DNA of 64,000 nt. Source: an uncultured bacterium (GTDB lineage: Bacteria > Patescibacteriota > Saccharimonadia > UBA4664). Under the pieces are notes generated by a model. That model saw only the letters and a list, made by a program, of their open reading frames with translations, made no database searches and was not told the origin of the DNA. The position numbers were made by a program, and so were the translations under genes. Shown one piece after another: positions 9,710 to 18,868 of this stretch; positions within the stretch are counted from its first letter, which is position 1, and each line of letters begins with the position of its first letter. Where the stretch lies: NCBI GenBank assembly GCA_963720265.1, contig CAVRET010000002.1, positions 136,704 to 200,703 of the forward strand, read 5' to 3'.

Positions 9710-10252
9710 CTAGCCTTGTTCTGCTGCATCATCCTGAGCGCGAATGATGGCTTCGCGCTCACTGGCAGGCCTCGGCCGTGGCAACCCGCGTCTCACAGTC
9801 TCCATCAAGAGATCGTCTTCTTCACGCCTCTTCCGCGCATCACGGATCCCGTCAAGCGCAGCGTCTGAGTGCTTGTCAACGAGCTCTCGAGGAAACTCTT
9901 CGTAGTGAAGATACCTCGCCTCCCGGCGCCCATCTCCGGCGTCGGATGCTGATTCGGCCGCACCTGCGCGTTGTGCTTCGGCGGCTGCCTGAGCAGCCTG
10001 GTGCCTCGCCGCCCTTGCTTGCTCGTCTATTACTTCCAAAGCAAATAGCGCATTGGCAGTAGTCTCGGAATCGACCAACTTCTCCGACGTCTGATCCGCT
10101 CTCTCCGGAGAAGTCGGCGGGAGCATCTGCTCATTGTGCCGAGCAACCCTCGCTTGAATAGCGAGGGCACGCTGCTTCACGAGGTCAGCTGCTACCTCAA
10201 GTCGCTCTCTGTCCGGATTCGAATCCGGTCCCATCTCGCTCATATGCAACAC
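9710..10252 (-). CDS. Hypothetical protein
   Basis: 180-aa ORF, helical Ala/Glu/Arg-rich, no recognised motif. Confidence 0.55.
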   Translation of the reverse strand: MLHMSEMGPDSNPDRERLEVAADLVKQRALAIQARVARHNEQMLPPTSPERADQTSEKLVDSETTANALFALEVIDEQARAARHQAAQAAAEAQRAGAAESASDAGDGRREARYLHYEEFPRELVDKHSDAALDGIRDARKRREEDDLLMETVRRGLPRPRPASEREAIIRAQDDAAEQG

Positions 10253-10298
10253 CCACTTAAACGAAATCCTACATTCAGGATAGCAGATAAATAATTCC

Positions 10299-10375
10299 TG
10301 GTGGGTCCTAGAGGACTCGAACCTCTGACCTCTTCCACGTCAAGGAAGCGCTCTAACCAACTGAGCTAAGAACCC
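10299..10375 (-). tRNA. tRNA-Val(GAC)
   Basis: Anticodon arm CTTCC-TTGACGT-GGAAG; CCA end. Confidence 0.95.
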
Positions 10376-10511
10376 ACGTTTCAAGGCCCAACTATACGCG
10401 CAAAGTCGCAAAGTCGCAATCGTCATGGCATAGTCCACCCGGAACCGCCCGCCCCTTTCACAGCCGCTCGAAATGCGCTATCATCACATGGTTTAGCCCC
10501 ACCGAAAACAC

Positions 10512-10588
<77 letters not shown>

Positions 10589-10647
10589 AAGTCATTATTT
10601 GAACCTTAAGCATTATTCCTGTACCCTTAAATTTGAAATGAGGATGC

Positions 10648-10833
10648 ATGATGCCCGCCACTAAGTCCAAGCCCGACCACTTTCTCGCTGACGCCGTTAA
10701 AGCTAAGAAGCCGGTGGTCAGTTACAGCGACGGCTTTCGCTTCGGCTTTGGTTTCTTCGTCGCCGGCCTGCTTGTGAGTGTAATCTTAGGTGGCCTGTCG
10801 TGGGGAGCCTACGCTCTCATGCACTTGCATTAA
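10648..10833 (+). CDS. Small membrane protein
   Basis: DGFRFGFGFFVAGLLV single TM segment. Confidence 0.6.
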   Translation: MMPATKSKPDHFLADAVKAKKPVVSYSDGFRFGFGFFVAGLLVSVILGGLSWGAYALMHLH

Positions 10834-10879
10834 TATTGCTAGTTTTAGGAAAATCTGTTAACGTTCCACTGGTAATCAC

Positions 10880-10956
10880 GGGGCTATAGCTCAGTTGGCC
10901 AGAGCGCCTGCATGGCATGCAGGAGGTCCAGGGTTCAAGTCCCTGTAGCTCCACCA
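10880..10956 (+). tRNA. tRNA-Ala(GGC)
   Basis: GGGGCTA acceptor; CCTGC-ATGGCAT-GCAGG; CCA end. Confidence 0.95.
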
Positions 10957-11077
10957 AGGAATTATTGAGTTCAACAGCCACAACTCCAATCCGCTTGTGC
11001 TTGCTACGTAACCACTAAGCACGTTAGGCTTAAATCGAGCCGTTTGGTGGAAATACCAGCATAAGGGGTTTGGACGC

Positions 11078-12211
11078 ATGCTGTCTCAGCAAATCGCCGA
11101 CAAAATCCGGGCAAAAGTGAGTGCGTTGGTTAGCCAAGAGCTAAGAGTCACCGACGCCGATGGTGGACCTTTGGCCACGACTTCCGGCCTTAAGTCGGAG
11201 ACGCTTACTATTACTCAGCTCCCTTGGGCGATACCATTTGCATACGGCGGTAATACAGTTGGCTATATCGTGCTAGCTGAAGAAATGCCCAACCACGACG
11301 AAATAGCACCACTCATCCGCTCGATCGCCGAGCTCGTCATGCACCAGTCGCTCGTGCTTGAACAAATCCCTCGCCAAGACGAACGTCTCGATAAATTCAT
11401 TTATGATCTCCTAAACCAGCCGCAACCAGAGTGGGCCCTACTGACAGCCGAGGCCAGGCTGTTTGATATCGAACTTGATCGTCCCCGCATCGCCATTGTT
11501 ATCCATATTGATGACCCAGCCCTCACTACTCGTTTTCGCGACCCGGCCGGCGATCGTGAAATCCGCCTCACCCGCTACAAACTGGGGATTACCCGGGCAC
11601 TCGATTCGTTCTATACCTCAAGCCGCGAAAACGTCGTCAGCTACCTTGGGAGTACCTCATTTTGCATTCTTAAAGACCTTGTAACCGCCGATGACGGCGA
11701 CCTCACGGCCGGACTGGAAAGCTTCAAAAAGAGTCTTGGCGCCATTTACACCATTCTCAAGAGTGAACTCAAGCTCCCTGCAACCGTCGGCGTCGGCAAT
11801 TATCATCCCGGGCTCGCCGGCCTGCGCACCAGTTACCATGAAGCCACCTCTGCAATTGAGCTCGGCGCTCAAACCTGGGACGCCGACCGCGTCTATCACA
11901 TCGACGACTTTGGCGTAGTAGCTCCCCTGCTCTCCGGTGTTGATGAATCCAACATCTACTTCTCACGCGAACTACTGGATCGCCTAGGTGAAAACCACGA
12001 GATCATTCAAACCCTTGAAGCCTTCTTTAACCTCGACATGTCGCTCACTCGCACGGCCGAAACCCTAAAGATCCATCGCAACACTCTGGTCTACCGACTC
12101 GACCGCATCACCGAAACCCTAGGCCTCGACCCCCGTGTATTTGAGGATGCTGTTCAGATCAAGTTAGCAATTCTTTACAGCCGCTTTGTGGAGCCTGATC
12201 ATGCAACTTAA
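11078..12211 (+). CDS. CdaR/PucR-family transcriptional regulator
   Basis: N-terminal LSQQIADKI; GVG..HPGLAGL..SY.EA; C-terminal TAETLKIHRNTLVYRL. Confidence 0.88.
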   Translation: MLSQQIADKIRAKVSALVSQELRVTDADGGPLATTSGLKSETLTITQLPWAIPFAYGGNTVGYIVLAEEMPNHDEIAPLIRSIAELVMHQSLVLEQIPRQDERLDKFIYDLLNQPQPEWALLTAEARLFDIELDRPRIAIVIHIDDPALTTRFRDPAGDREIRLTRYKLGITRALDSFYTSSRENVVSYLGSTSFCILKDLVTADDGDLTAGLESFKKSLGAIYTILKSELKLPATVGVGNYHPGLAGLRTSYHEATSAIELGAQTWDADRVYHIDDFGVVAPLLSGVDESNIYFSRELLDRLGENHEIIQTLEAFFNLDMSLTRTAETLKIHRNTLVYRLDRITETLGLDPRVFEDAVQIKLAILYSRFVEPDHAT

Positions 12212-13391
12212 TACTGCGCTGGCCCGCCAAATCGCCGATAAGGCCAACCAGGTACTGAAGCGCGACATTCTCATTGCAGATTTGTCCGGGCAACTCCTGG
12301 CCGGTGCAGCCGGCCGGCATGTCTTTGTGCCCGAAGCGTTAAGTGTTGCCCAAACCGGCCACTCGCTCACCAGCGAGTTCGAAGACCACGAAACCAAATG
12401 GTGGCCGTTCGTATACGAAGACCAAACCATTGCCGTACTGGGCCTGCCCATGACCGACGCCGGCCCCATCACCCAGGAGGCCGTCACCTTACTGCAGGGC
12501 CTGGCCGAGGTCATTATTTATCAGCACTTTCTGCTCGACAAAATCCAATCAGCGGAACGAGTGCGTGCCGACTTTATCAAACTCCTGCTCACTACTCAGT
12601 CAATCGACGCCGCCGATATTTATCGGCAAGCCGACATCTTGCAGCTCAACCTCCGCACCCCTCAAGCAGTTATGCTCGTTCGTTTAAATGGCATTGAGCA
12701 CGAAAGCAAAGCCAACCATGGTGACCTCTCGCCTGAAGAACAACAGCTCAAACTCGACGCTACCACGGAATCAATCGCCGGCCGGCTGCGAGCAACGCTC
12801 AAGAACACGCCGGACAACCTTGCAGCGTACCTCGGAGAAGATCAATTTGTACTGATCAAGGGACTGACCACTGACACTCCCACCACACTCAACACCATCC
12901 GCTTCATGATGGAAAAAGCCGACCAGATCCATCAAGGTCTTCGCCAACCGGGCTTAAATTATCAAGTCACAATCGGGATCGGTCAGTACTACCCCGACCT
13001 CAGCGGTCTGCGTAAGAGTTATCAGGACGCCAAACTGGCGCTGGAGGTCGGATCTAAAGTCTGGGGGCAGGGCCGGGTCTACCATATCAAGCATGTCGGT
13101 ATGTTTGTGACATTAGCTCCCACCAGCCAGGACCGGAAAGCTGAGTTGGCCCACCAAATTCTTTCACCACTCCTCCACGATGACCAACTTTTTAAAACCG
13201 TCCAGGTCTTCCTTGCTAATGGCCTGAACCTAACTACGGCTGCCGAAAAACTACACATTCATCGCAATACACTTATCTACCGTCTTGATAAAACCAAGAA
13301 ACTCATCCAGCTTGATCCACGTCATTTTGATGACGCCCTGCAAATAAAACTCGGCCTCATGTTCTATCAAAATCCGGCTGTCCCACGCTAG
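12201..13391 (+). CDS. CdaR/PucR-family transcriptional regulator (paralog)
   Basis: LARQIADK; GIG.YY..L.GLRKSYQDA; AAEKLHIHRNTLIYRL. Confidence 0.88.
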   Translation: MQLNTALARQIADKANQVLKRDILIADLSGQLLAGAAGRHVFVPEALSVAQTGHSLTSEFEDHETKWWPFVYEDQTIAVLGLPMTDAGPITQEAVTLLQGLAEVIIYQHFLLDKIQSAERVRADFIKLLLTTQSIDAADIYRQADILQLNLRTPQAVMLVRLNGIEHESKANHGDLSPEEQQLKLDATTESIAGRLRATLKNTPDNLAAYLGEDQFVLIKGLTTDTPTTLNTIRFMMEKADQIHQGLRQPGLNYQVTIGIGQYYPDLSGLRKSYQDAKLALEVGSKVWGQGRVYHIKHVGMFVTLAPTSQDRKAELAHQILSPLLHDDQLFKTVQVFLANGLNLTTAAEKLHIHRNTLIYRLDKTKKLIQLDPRHFDDALQIKLGLMFYQNPAVPR

Positions 13392-13606
13392 TTCAAGCAG
13401 TTAGGGTTGGCTACAAAAAGTATTCAATTCTATCAGTTGTGTCGGTTTATATCACAAATCCAGAGGGTTTTTCGTTGTATTTTTTGTAACGGATTGCATT
13501 TGACTGAGACCCCCAAGAATACTAACCTAATACAGTCAACAGTGTGTGTAAGCAAAAGATCAATTCCGAGGACGACCGTCTCGAGGGTAACTAATTTCTG
13601 GTAGGG

Positions 13607-13861
13607 ATGAAGTCAGATCAATTCAGTGACGAACTCGATTACTTCTACATGGAGCTGCCGCAGGCGGACTACATAGGCGACCTAACCGACATTCCGATCC
13701 AGGATGAACATTATGATGATAATGAACTTCCATGCATGCGGGGTCTGAGCGATGAGCAGGTCTCAAAATTAGCCGATGACTCGCGTAAAGATTGTGGTAA
13801 TGCCCAGCTCACACATGATAGTGCGTCAGAGCAGGAGTTATTTGCAGACGACGGAGAATAA
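13607..13861 (+). CDS. Small acidic hypothetical protein
   Basis: 84-aa D/E-rich ORF. Confidence 0.45.
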   Translation: MKSDQFSDELDYFYMELPQADYIGDLTDIPIQDEHYDDNELPCMRGLSDEQVSKLADDSRKDCGNAQLTHDSASEQELFADDGE

Positions 13862-13931
13862 TTTTTTTAACTTGCCTGCTCAGTATATATTCGGTATCTT
13901 CCGATATAGAGGGCGCAATTAGCTAAATTAA

Positions 13932-14525
13932 GTGAACCACCTCGGGCTAAAGCCCGAGGCTTCCTTGGGGCGGCATGCTGGGTTTAGCTTTCCATTGATT
14001 TTCGATATACCGTTTAATCGCCTGCTCGGTGTTGCGGCCCACACTCTCGGCGAAGTAACCATCCGCCCAGAAGCTATCTCCCCATAACCATTCTTCCAGT
14101 TCAGGATGCGTCTGGCGGATAGCCCGACTTGAGCCACCTTTGAATATTTGTACTACCTGTGACACCGAGATGCTGGGAGGTAGTTCAATAAGCATATGAA
14201 TGTGGTCGGGCATCACTGCCAGCCGCTCAATCCACCAGTCGTTCATTTCTGCGCACTGAAAGAATAATCGCTTCAGGTCAGTGGCGACTTCGCCCCGCAG
14301 GATGCTCTTTTGCGGTACTTGGGTATCCAGACGATATGAAATTGCAGGCGATATAGCGTATGCGCACCGGAATAATATTTTTTACCTGACTTCACATACC
14401 CAGCATGCCAGACTGTCGGCGCCAGCGCCAAGGTTGACCGCCATCCGACTTAGCCTTGGTGCTACCGCCTTAAGCGGACCCATTCATCCCTGGCCTAAAG
14501 GCCCAGGGGTCTCTGGGAGGGTTAC
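13932..14525. mobile_element. IS200/IS605-family element, tnpA only (ends approximate)
   Basis: Subterminal hairpins CCTCGGGCTAAAGCCCGAGG and CCCTGGCCTAAAGGCCCAGGG flanking a Y1 transposase. Confidence 0.8.
13947..14395 (-). pseudogene. tnpA: IS200 Y1 transposase, frameshifted
   Basis: HTLYRLQFHIVWIPKYRK in one frame; SILRGE...DHIHML...FKGGSS...W.DGYF in another; shift at A4 run (14308-14311). Confidence 0.85.
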
Positions 14526-14537
14526 TAGAGCAATCCC

Positions 14538-14780
14538 ATGGCCGAGTCAATTGAACAACTTAGAATATACAAGTCCGCCCGTAGCGCCGAGAATCAGATC
14601 TATGAGCTGGTCAAGCAATTCCCGGCCGATCAATTCTAGGGCCTAGCAAACGACCTGCGCCGCTCAAGTGCAGCCGTCTCGCACCATATGATGAGCGCTC
14701 ACAGCCTATTTAGCTACCAGCTTAAGCTTAATGAACTGGTGGCCGCCAAAGAAGAGGCTGCTAGCACAGCAGCATCGTAG
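14538..14780 (+). pseudogene. Four-helix-bundle (23S rRNA IVP/bAvd-like) gene with internal TAG
   Basis: MAESIEQLRIYKSA..IYELVKQFPADQF*GLANDLRRSSAAV; stop at 14637-14639. Confidence 0.7.
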
Positions 14781-14801
14781 TAACAGTTACAACAATATTG
14801 T

Positions 14802-16094
14802 TTAATCGAAGTATCGTACCGACCCAAACGGGACCTTATCCGGCATGCGGTTAAGAGCCCTAGCCGCCAATGCGGGCGCGATCGTTAGCTCACCGAAGCG
14901 ATCGTTAATGGCGTGCATCGCTGCCTCCAATTGTTCCGGACGAGAATCTTCAAAACCCTCAAATTGTAACTGCCCTGAGTCGATCTTAAGTAGGCCATAG
15001 GTCGTAATCATGAGGGAAGTCAAGACCTGGTTAGGCGGGCTTAATGCAAATAATTCAAGTGCTCGTTGGTACAGCTGGTCGCCACGCGCCACTGCTACCG
15101 TATAGAGCTTACAGCCACGCCATGAAGGCCATCCATACCGCCGGCTTGCATACATTGAGCCGCTGGTCGGAGACGTTGCTATTGGCCGCTCATAGCCAAA
15201 CTGCAAACGGAGGCCCCGAGCCGCTAAACGATGTTTCCGCAGCCGTCTGGCGACCTTCAAACAAGCGCGCAGCAACAGGGCGTTGATCTCTTCTGGATCG
15301 GCAGTCCTGTGTTCAAGGATATAGTTGCGCCCTACAGTGCGAATACCGTATTGAGCCTCCGTCTCGTAGCCCCTAAGCTTCAGGTACCACTGACGGCCCA
15401 TGATACTGCGAAATACCTGGCGCCTGAGCACCGGCTCCGGAGCATGCAAAAATTCCAGCGGACAAGTAATCCCAGCTTGGCGCAAGCGCCAAGCATTACG
15501 CTGTTTAATGTAGGGCAGGTCAGTCAGTGCCAATAAGCCATAAACCATCTCAAGATTGTCGCGCCCAATCGCGTAAAGCCCATCCGGCTTCATGAATCCT
15601 GCGGCAACCTTAGCCAACCAATGGTTCTGACCAATGCCAACATTCACTCGCATATAGTCACCGACCTCGTCACGGACTCGCTGCTTAATCTCGCAACCGA
15701 TGTCCTCAAGACTGCGCCCGCGGAGCAAGTTGCGCATGCCACGAAAATCAATCACTCCCTCATCAACCGACTTCATATATGCCGTTGGAGAATAGCTCTC
15801 AAAGATTTCGCGCATCAAGTGGTTCACATAATGATACTTGGCCGGGTCACTCTCCACGATTACAAAGCCCGGAGCCTGTTCTCGGGCCTCTCGCAGCCTC
15901 GTCCCAATACCCACGCCGTACTGCCTGGCCTCATATGAAGTGGTAATACAGATCGCAAAATCATTCCGGCGATTGGTCACTCCTACCGGGCGCCCCCTGA
16001 GCAACGGATTCGCTTGCTGCTCGGCCGAGGCAAAGGCCGAATTGAGGTCAATATGCATCACCTCCGGTGGCTCGGAATTAATACTAAGGCCCAT
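14802..16094 (-). CDS. dinB: Y-family DNA polymerase IV-like
   Basis: HIDLNSAFAS, SYEARQYGV, SVDEG, LAKVA...KPDG. Confidence 0.9.
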   Translation of the reverse strand: MGLSINSEPPEVMHIDLNSAFASAEQQANPLLRGRPVGVTNRRNDFAICITTSYEARQYGVGIGTRLREAREQAPGFVIVESDPAKYHYVNHLMREIFESYSPTAYMKSVDEGVIDFRGMRNLLRGRSLEDIGCEIKQRVRDEVGDYMRVNVGIGQNHWLAKVAAGFMKPDGLYAIGRDNLEMVYGLLALTDLPYIKQRNAWRLRQAGITCPLEFLHAPEPVLRRQVFRSIMGRQWYLKLRGYETEAQYGIRTVGRNYILEHRTADPEEINALLLRACLKVARRLRKHRLAARGLRLQFGYERPIATSPTSGSMYASRRYGWPSWRGCKLYTVAVARGDQLYQRALELFALSPPNQVLTSLMITTYGLLKIDSGQLQFEGFEDSRPEQLEAAMHAINDRFGELTIAPALAARALNRMPDKVPFGSVRYFD

Positions 16095-16347
16095 AGAACA
16101 CCTCGGTTAACCGCCACTCCAGCGTCTCCGAGTCCAGCTCCAGCCGGAAAGCTATCTCGCCCGAGGCAAATCCAAATACATGCACATGCCTGGCACCGCG
16201 CCGTTCGGGATGATGAAGCCCCATAGTAGTGAGCCGAAACCTCCGGCCACGCCAACTAAGAGCATGTGGCACAACCCGAACCGAACCTCTGGGCCCAGGT
16301 GCGAACGAAGCTAGCACGCTCACAACATCATTGCACTCTTCTCGCAT
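16084..16347 (-). CDS. Small beta-rich protein coupled to dinB
   Basis: P..LSWRGRRF...FRLELD...W.L; overlaps dinB start. Confidence 0.7.
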   Translation of the reverse strand: MREECNDVVSVLASFAPGPRGSVRVVPHALSWRGRRFRLTTMGLHHPERRGARHVHVFGFASGEIAFRLELDSETLEWRLTEVFYGP

Positions 16348-16407
16348 CTGGCAGCCCTCCTGCCATCGATGCTATTCCAAACAGAAACCGAACGCAAGCA
16401 CGAGCAA

Positions 16408-16989
16408 TTAGCGAACCGTAGCTTCTTCCAGCCACGCCTGAAAGTTATCGACAACCGAGTCCACTGCTTGCTCAATGTTATTAACTTTCGTATCGACTAC
16501 CAAATCGAAGTTATGCTTATCAAAGGGATCAACGCCATAGCTACGGTGGTAGCGACGAATTTCGCTATCCAGCCGCCGCTGCAAGACATGAGCGTACTCA
16601 GCAGGATCAGAAGGTATGTGCTCGCTCATGAGCCTCGCCTCACCCATACCGCCAATAATTCGTTCAGCCGCTTCTCGTAGTTCGAGATCCAGGAAAACCT
16701 TAAAAGAAGCCGGCATCCAGTGCCAAGCTAGCCGGGAGTCAACTACTTGACGGTCATCTTTCTCGCCAATGTCTCTCAGACGTTGATCAACCCGCCTATC
16801 GAGTTCAGCGTTCTCCTCAGCAGTTAGATTGGTCTGCAAAATATCAAGACCCATTTCCTTGCCAATTGAGCGCAACAAATCGCCCGCAGAAAAATGCTCA
16901 AACCTCAGCCTAGCGGCAACCATCTTGGCAGTAGTTGACTTACCGCTCCCAGGACGTCCGGCAATCGTGATGATATGTTTCTTTACCAC
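16408..16989 (-). CDS. Cytidylate kinase-like (archaeal-type) NMP kinase
   Basis: GRPGSGKST, SAGD, D.RVD, VDSRLA. Confidence 0.85.
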   Translation of the reverse strand: MVKKHIITIAGRPGSGKSTTAKMVAARLRFEHFSAGDLLRSIGKEMGLDILQTNLTAEENAELDRRVDQRLRDIGEKDDRQVVDSRLAWHWMPASFKVFLDLELREAAERIIGGMGEARLMSEHIPSDPAEYAHVLQRRLDSEIRRYHRSYGVDPFDKHNFDLVVDTKVNNIEQAVDSVVDNFQAWLEEATVR

Positions 16990-17049
16990 TTGTTTGAATA
17001 CGTTAATTAATTATGGGCATATTAAAGACCTATTATAAATACCGAACGG

Positions 17050-17640
17050 CTACTCAGCAACAATCAAGGAACGAAACTGCCGCCATAGCACTTCAGGATC
17101 ACTCCCTGCATTAAGCACTGCATCAGCATGCTCCGCAGCCTCGGCACCATAGTGCGCAAAGGCTTGAACCATCACTTGTTCAAAGTAATCTCGGTCAAAA
17201 TTTGGCTCCCTCGCAAGCCGCCGTTCCAGTTGAGCAGAAAGCGGGATATCTAGATAGACTTTGAGTTCAAATAGATCCCTGAGTCGTTGTTCATAAAACA
17301 ACAAAAAGCCTTCAACCAGAATGATTGAGGCAGGTTGGGCAATACGCGCGCCAAGCTGACGACCCTCCGGCTTTGAATAGTTGGGAACCCGCGCCGGCTG
17401 CCCGTCTTTAAGGGCAATAAGCGCCTCGTAAAGTCCACCAAAGTTAATATTCTCTGGTAGTTCCCAATTACTCCACGGCCCAACCCGCGGAAATTCGCTT
17501 GCATCCTTAAAAAACTTATCAAGCTTAATGACTTCCACGCCATGGGGATGTTCAGCCAGCAGCCGCCTTGCAAGAGTGCTTTTCCCAGACCCACTGGGTC
17601 CAGCCAACCCGACCAAACGCACATTCATGAAGGAACCCAA
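17050..17640 (-). CDS. udk: Uridine kinase family protein
   Basis: GLAGPSGSGKST, D.FFK, NWELPE, ILVEG. Confidence 0.8.
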   Translation of the reverse strand: MGSFMNVRLVGLAGPSGSGKSTLARRLLAEHPHGVEVIKLDKFFKDASEFPRVGPWSNWELPENINFGGLYEALIALKDGQPARVPNYSKPEGRQLGARIAQPASIILVEGFLLFYEQRLRDLFELKVYLDIPLSAQLERRLAREPNFDRDYFEQVMVQAFAHYGAEAAEHADAVLNAGSDPEVLWRQFRSLIVAE

Positions 17641-18203
17641 CGCTGAAGCAACTTACCCGACTGATAAAAACTCTCCACGCTCCCGGGCTGCCACCAGCCG
17701 ATCAACTCAGGCTGCCGAATCCACTCCGGCCGGTGAAACGGCACCCGGCCAGGAGAAAGCGTTAGACTCAGCGGATGCACCGGAGGCTTTGCGTCCTGAT
17801 CACGAATTTGAATGAGCCGGGACCCCGCAAACTCACGACCAAATCTAATCACGCAACGCCGTAGCGCGATGTCCTGCAAATGCGTACGGCTACCCTCCTG
17901 CTTTGAATAGTCCAACCCGCTCGTAAGATTGCTGCGCTCGTTGTCGTAAACGTCCGAGGCAGTGGCAACAAATTCCTCAAGAAGCGCCGGCCGCAATGCG
18001 AGATAGGCAAAATAAGCATCCTCATACAGCATCACCACACCGTCAAAGCCAAGAACGCTCTCGCCCCTTGCCCACGCTATCCGCCACCGGCCTCGACCAA
18101 ACTGCTGATCATATTCCGAAAACCGCTCGTCACGATGCCGGCCAAAGTACCCGAGTTGTGTTTCAATAGTCTGCCACCGCATGCCCTCAAGCCTAGCAGC
18201 CAT
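17625..18203 (-). CDS. Hypothetical protein
   Basis: 192-aa ORF overlapping udk start; aromatic-rich globular composition. Confidence 0.7.
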   Translation of the reverse strand: MAARLEGMRWQTIETQLGYFGRHRDERFSEYDQQFGRGRWRIAWARGESVLGFDGVVMLYEDAYFAYLALRPALLEEFVATASDVYDNERSNLTSGLDYSKQEGSRTHLQDIALRRCVIRFGREFAGSRLIQIRDQDAKPPVHPLSLTLSPGRVPFHRPEWIRQPELIGWWQPGSVESFYQSGKLLQRWVPS

Positions 18204-18294
18204 GTCGCAAAATCATAGCACCATAGCTTGTGTAGTTGCAGGCCACCTTTCCCCAATTACAAACCAGTTTTCCACTGGGCAAATCTATAGTCAT

Positions 18295-18312
18295 ATGACA
18301 ATATATAGTCAT
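18295..18312. promoter_or_regulatory. Putative NrdR box overlapping nrdR start
   Basis: ATGACAATATATAGTCAT palindrome with CAATATATAG core. Confidence 0.6.
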
Positions 18313-18754
18313 GAAATGCCCGTACTGCCGACAACCAACGACCGAGGTCTATAATTCCCGCACCACCCGCTTTGGCACCCAGGTGTGGCGACGACGGCGC
18401 TGCCAAAGCTGCCACGAATCGTTCACAACCTATGAAGCGCCCGACCTCGGCTTCCTCAAAGTAATCAAGAAGTCCGGCCGGCGCGAACGCTATAGTCGGG
18501 CCAAGCTCTACTCAGGCATCTACGGCGCGTTCCTCTCCATTCCCCACAAAGAAACCACGGTCGACGCTGTCACCGACACAATTGAAGCTAGGTTGCTCGA
18601 CACCAAGAAGCGCACCATTCGCACGCAAGAAATTGCCGACATTGTGTTGTCAACATTAAAACACTTCAACACCGCGGCCTTCGTCCGCTTTCTCGCCTAT
18701 CACGCTGACCTTGCCTCCGACGCTCAGCTCGCCCGCGAACTCAAAAAATATTGA
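18311..18754 (+). CDS. nrdR: Transcriptional repressor NrdR
   Basis: MKCPYC...RRRRCQSC..FTTYE, ATP cone VIKKSGRRE, A.VRF. Confidence 0.93.
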   Translation: MKCPYCRQPTTEVYNSRTTRFGTQVWRRRRCQSCHESFTTYEAPDLGFLKVIKKSGRRERYSRAKLYSGIYGAFLSIPHKETTVDAVTDTIEARLLDTKKRTIRTQEIADIVLSTLKHFNTAAFVRFLAYHADLASDAQLARELKKY

Positions 18755-18780
18755 TGCCAGTTAGATGTCAGTTAGATTAG

Positions 18781-18808
18781 TTGACATTAAGTAGAATAAT
18801 GTTATTAT
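18781..18808 (+). promoter_or_regulatory. Sigma70-type promoter
   Basis: TTGACA-16 bp-TATTAT with TG extension. Confidence 0.5.
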
Positions 18809-18868
18809 TATATAGTTAGCGTCAAACTGTAACGAACCTAGAAAACGATATAAGGCAGGTGAAGCATA

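Noticed and set aside
14538-14780. bAvd-like gene as part of a diversity-generating retroelement, or TAG recoding
   Set aside because: No reverse transcriptase or TR/VR pair with A-specific mismatches seen; many genes here end normally in TAG.
16389-16402. SOS box CGAACGCAAGCACG upstream of the dinB operon
   Set aside because: Only one half-site matches the Gram-positive consensus; the lineage's LexA motif cannot be determined here.
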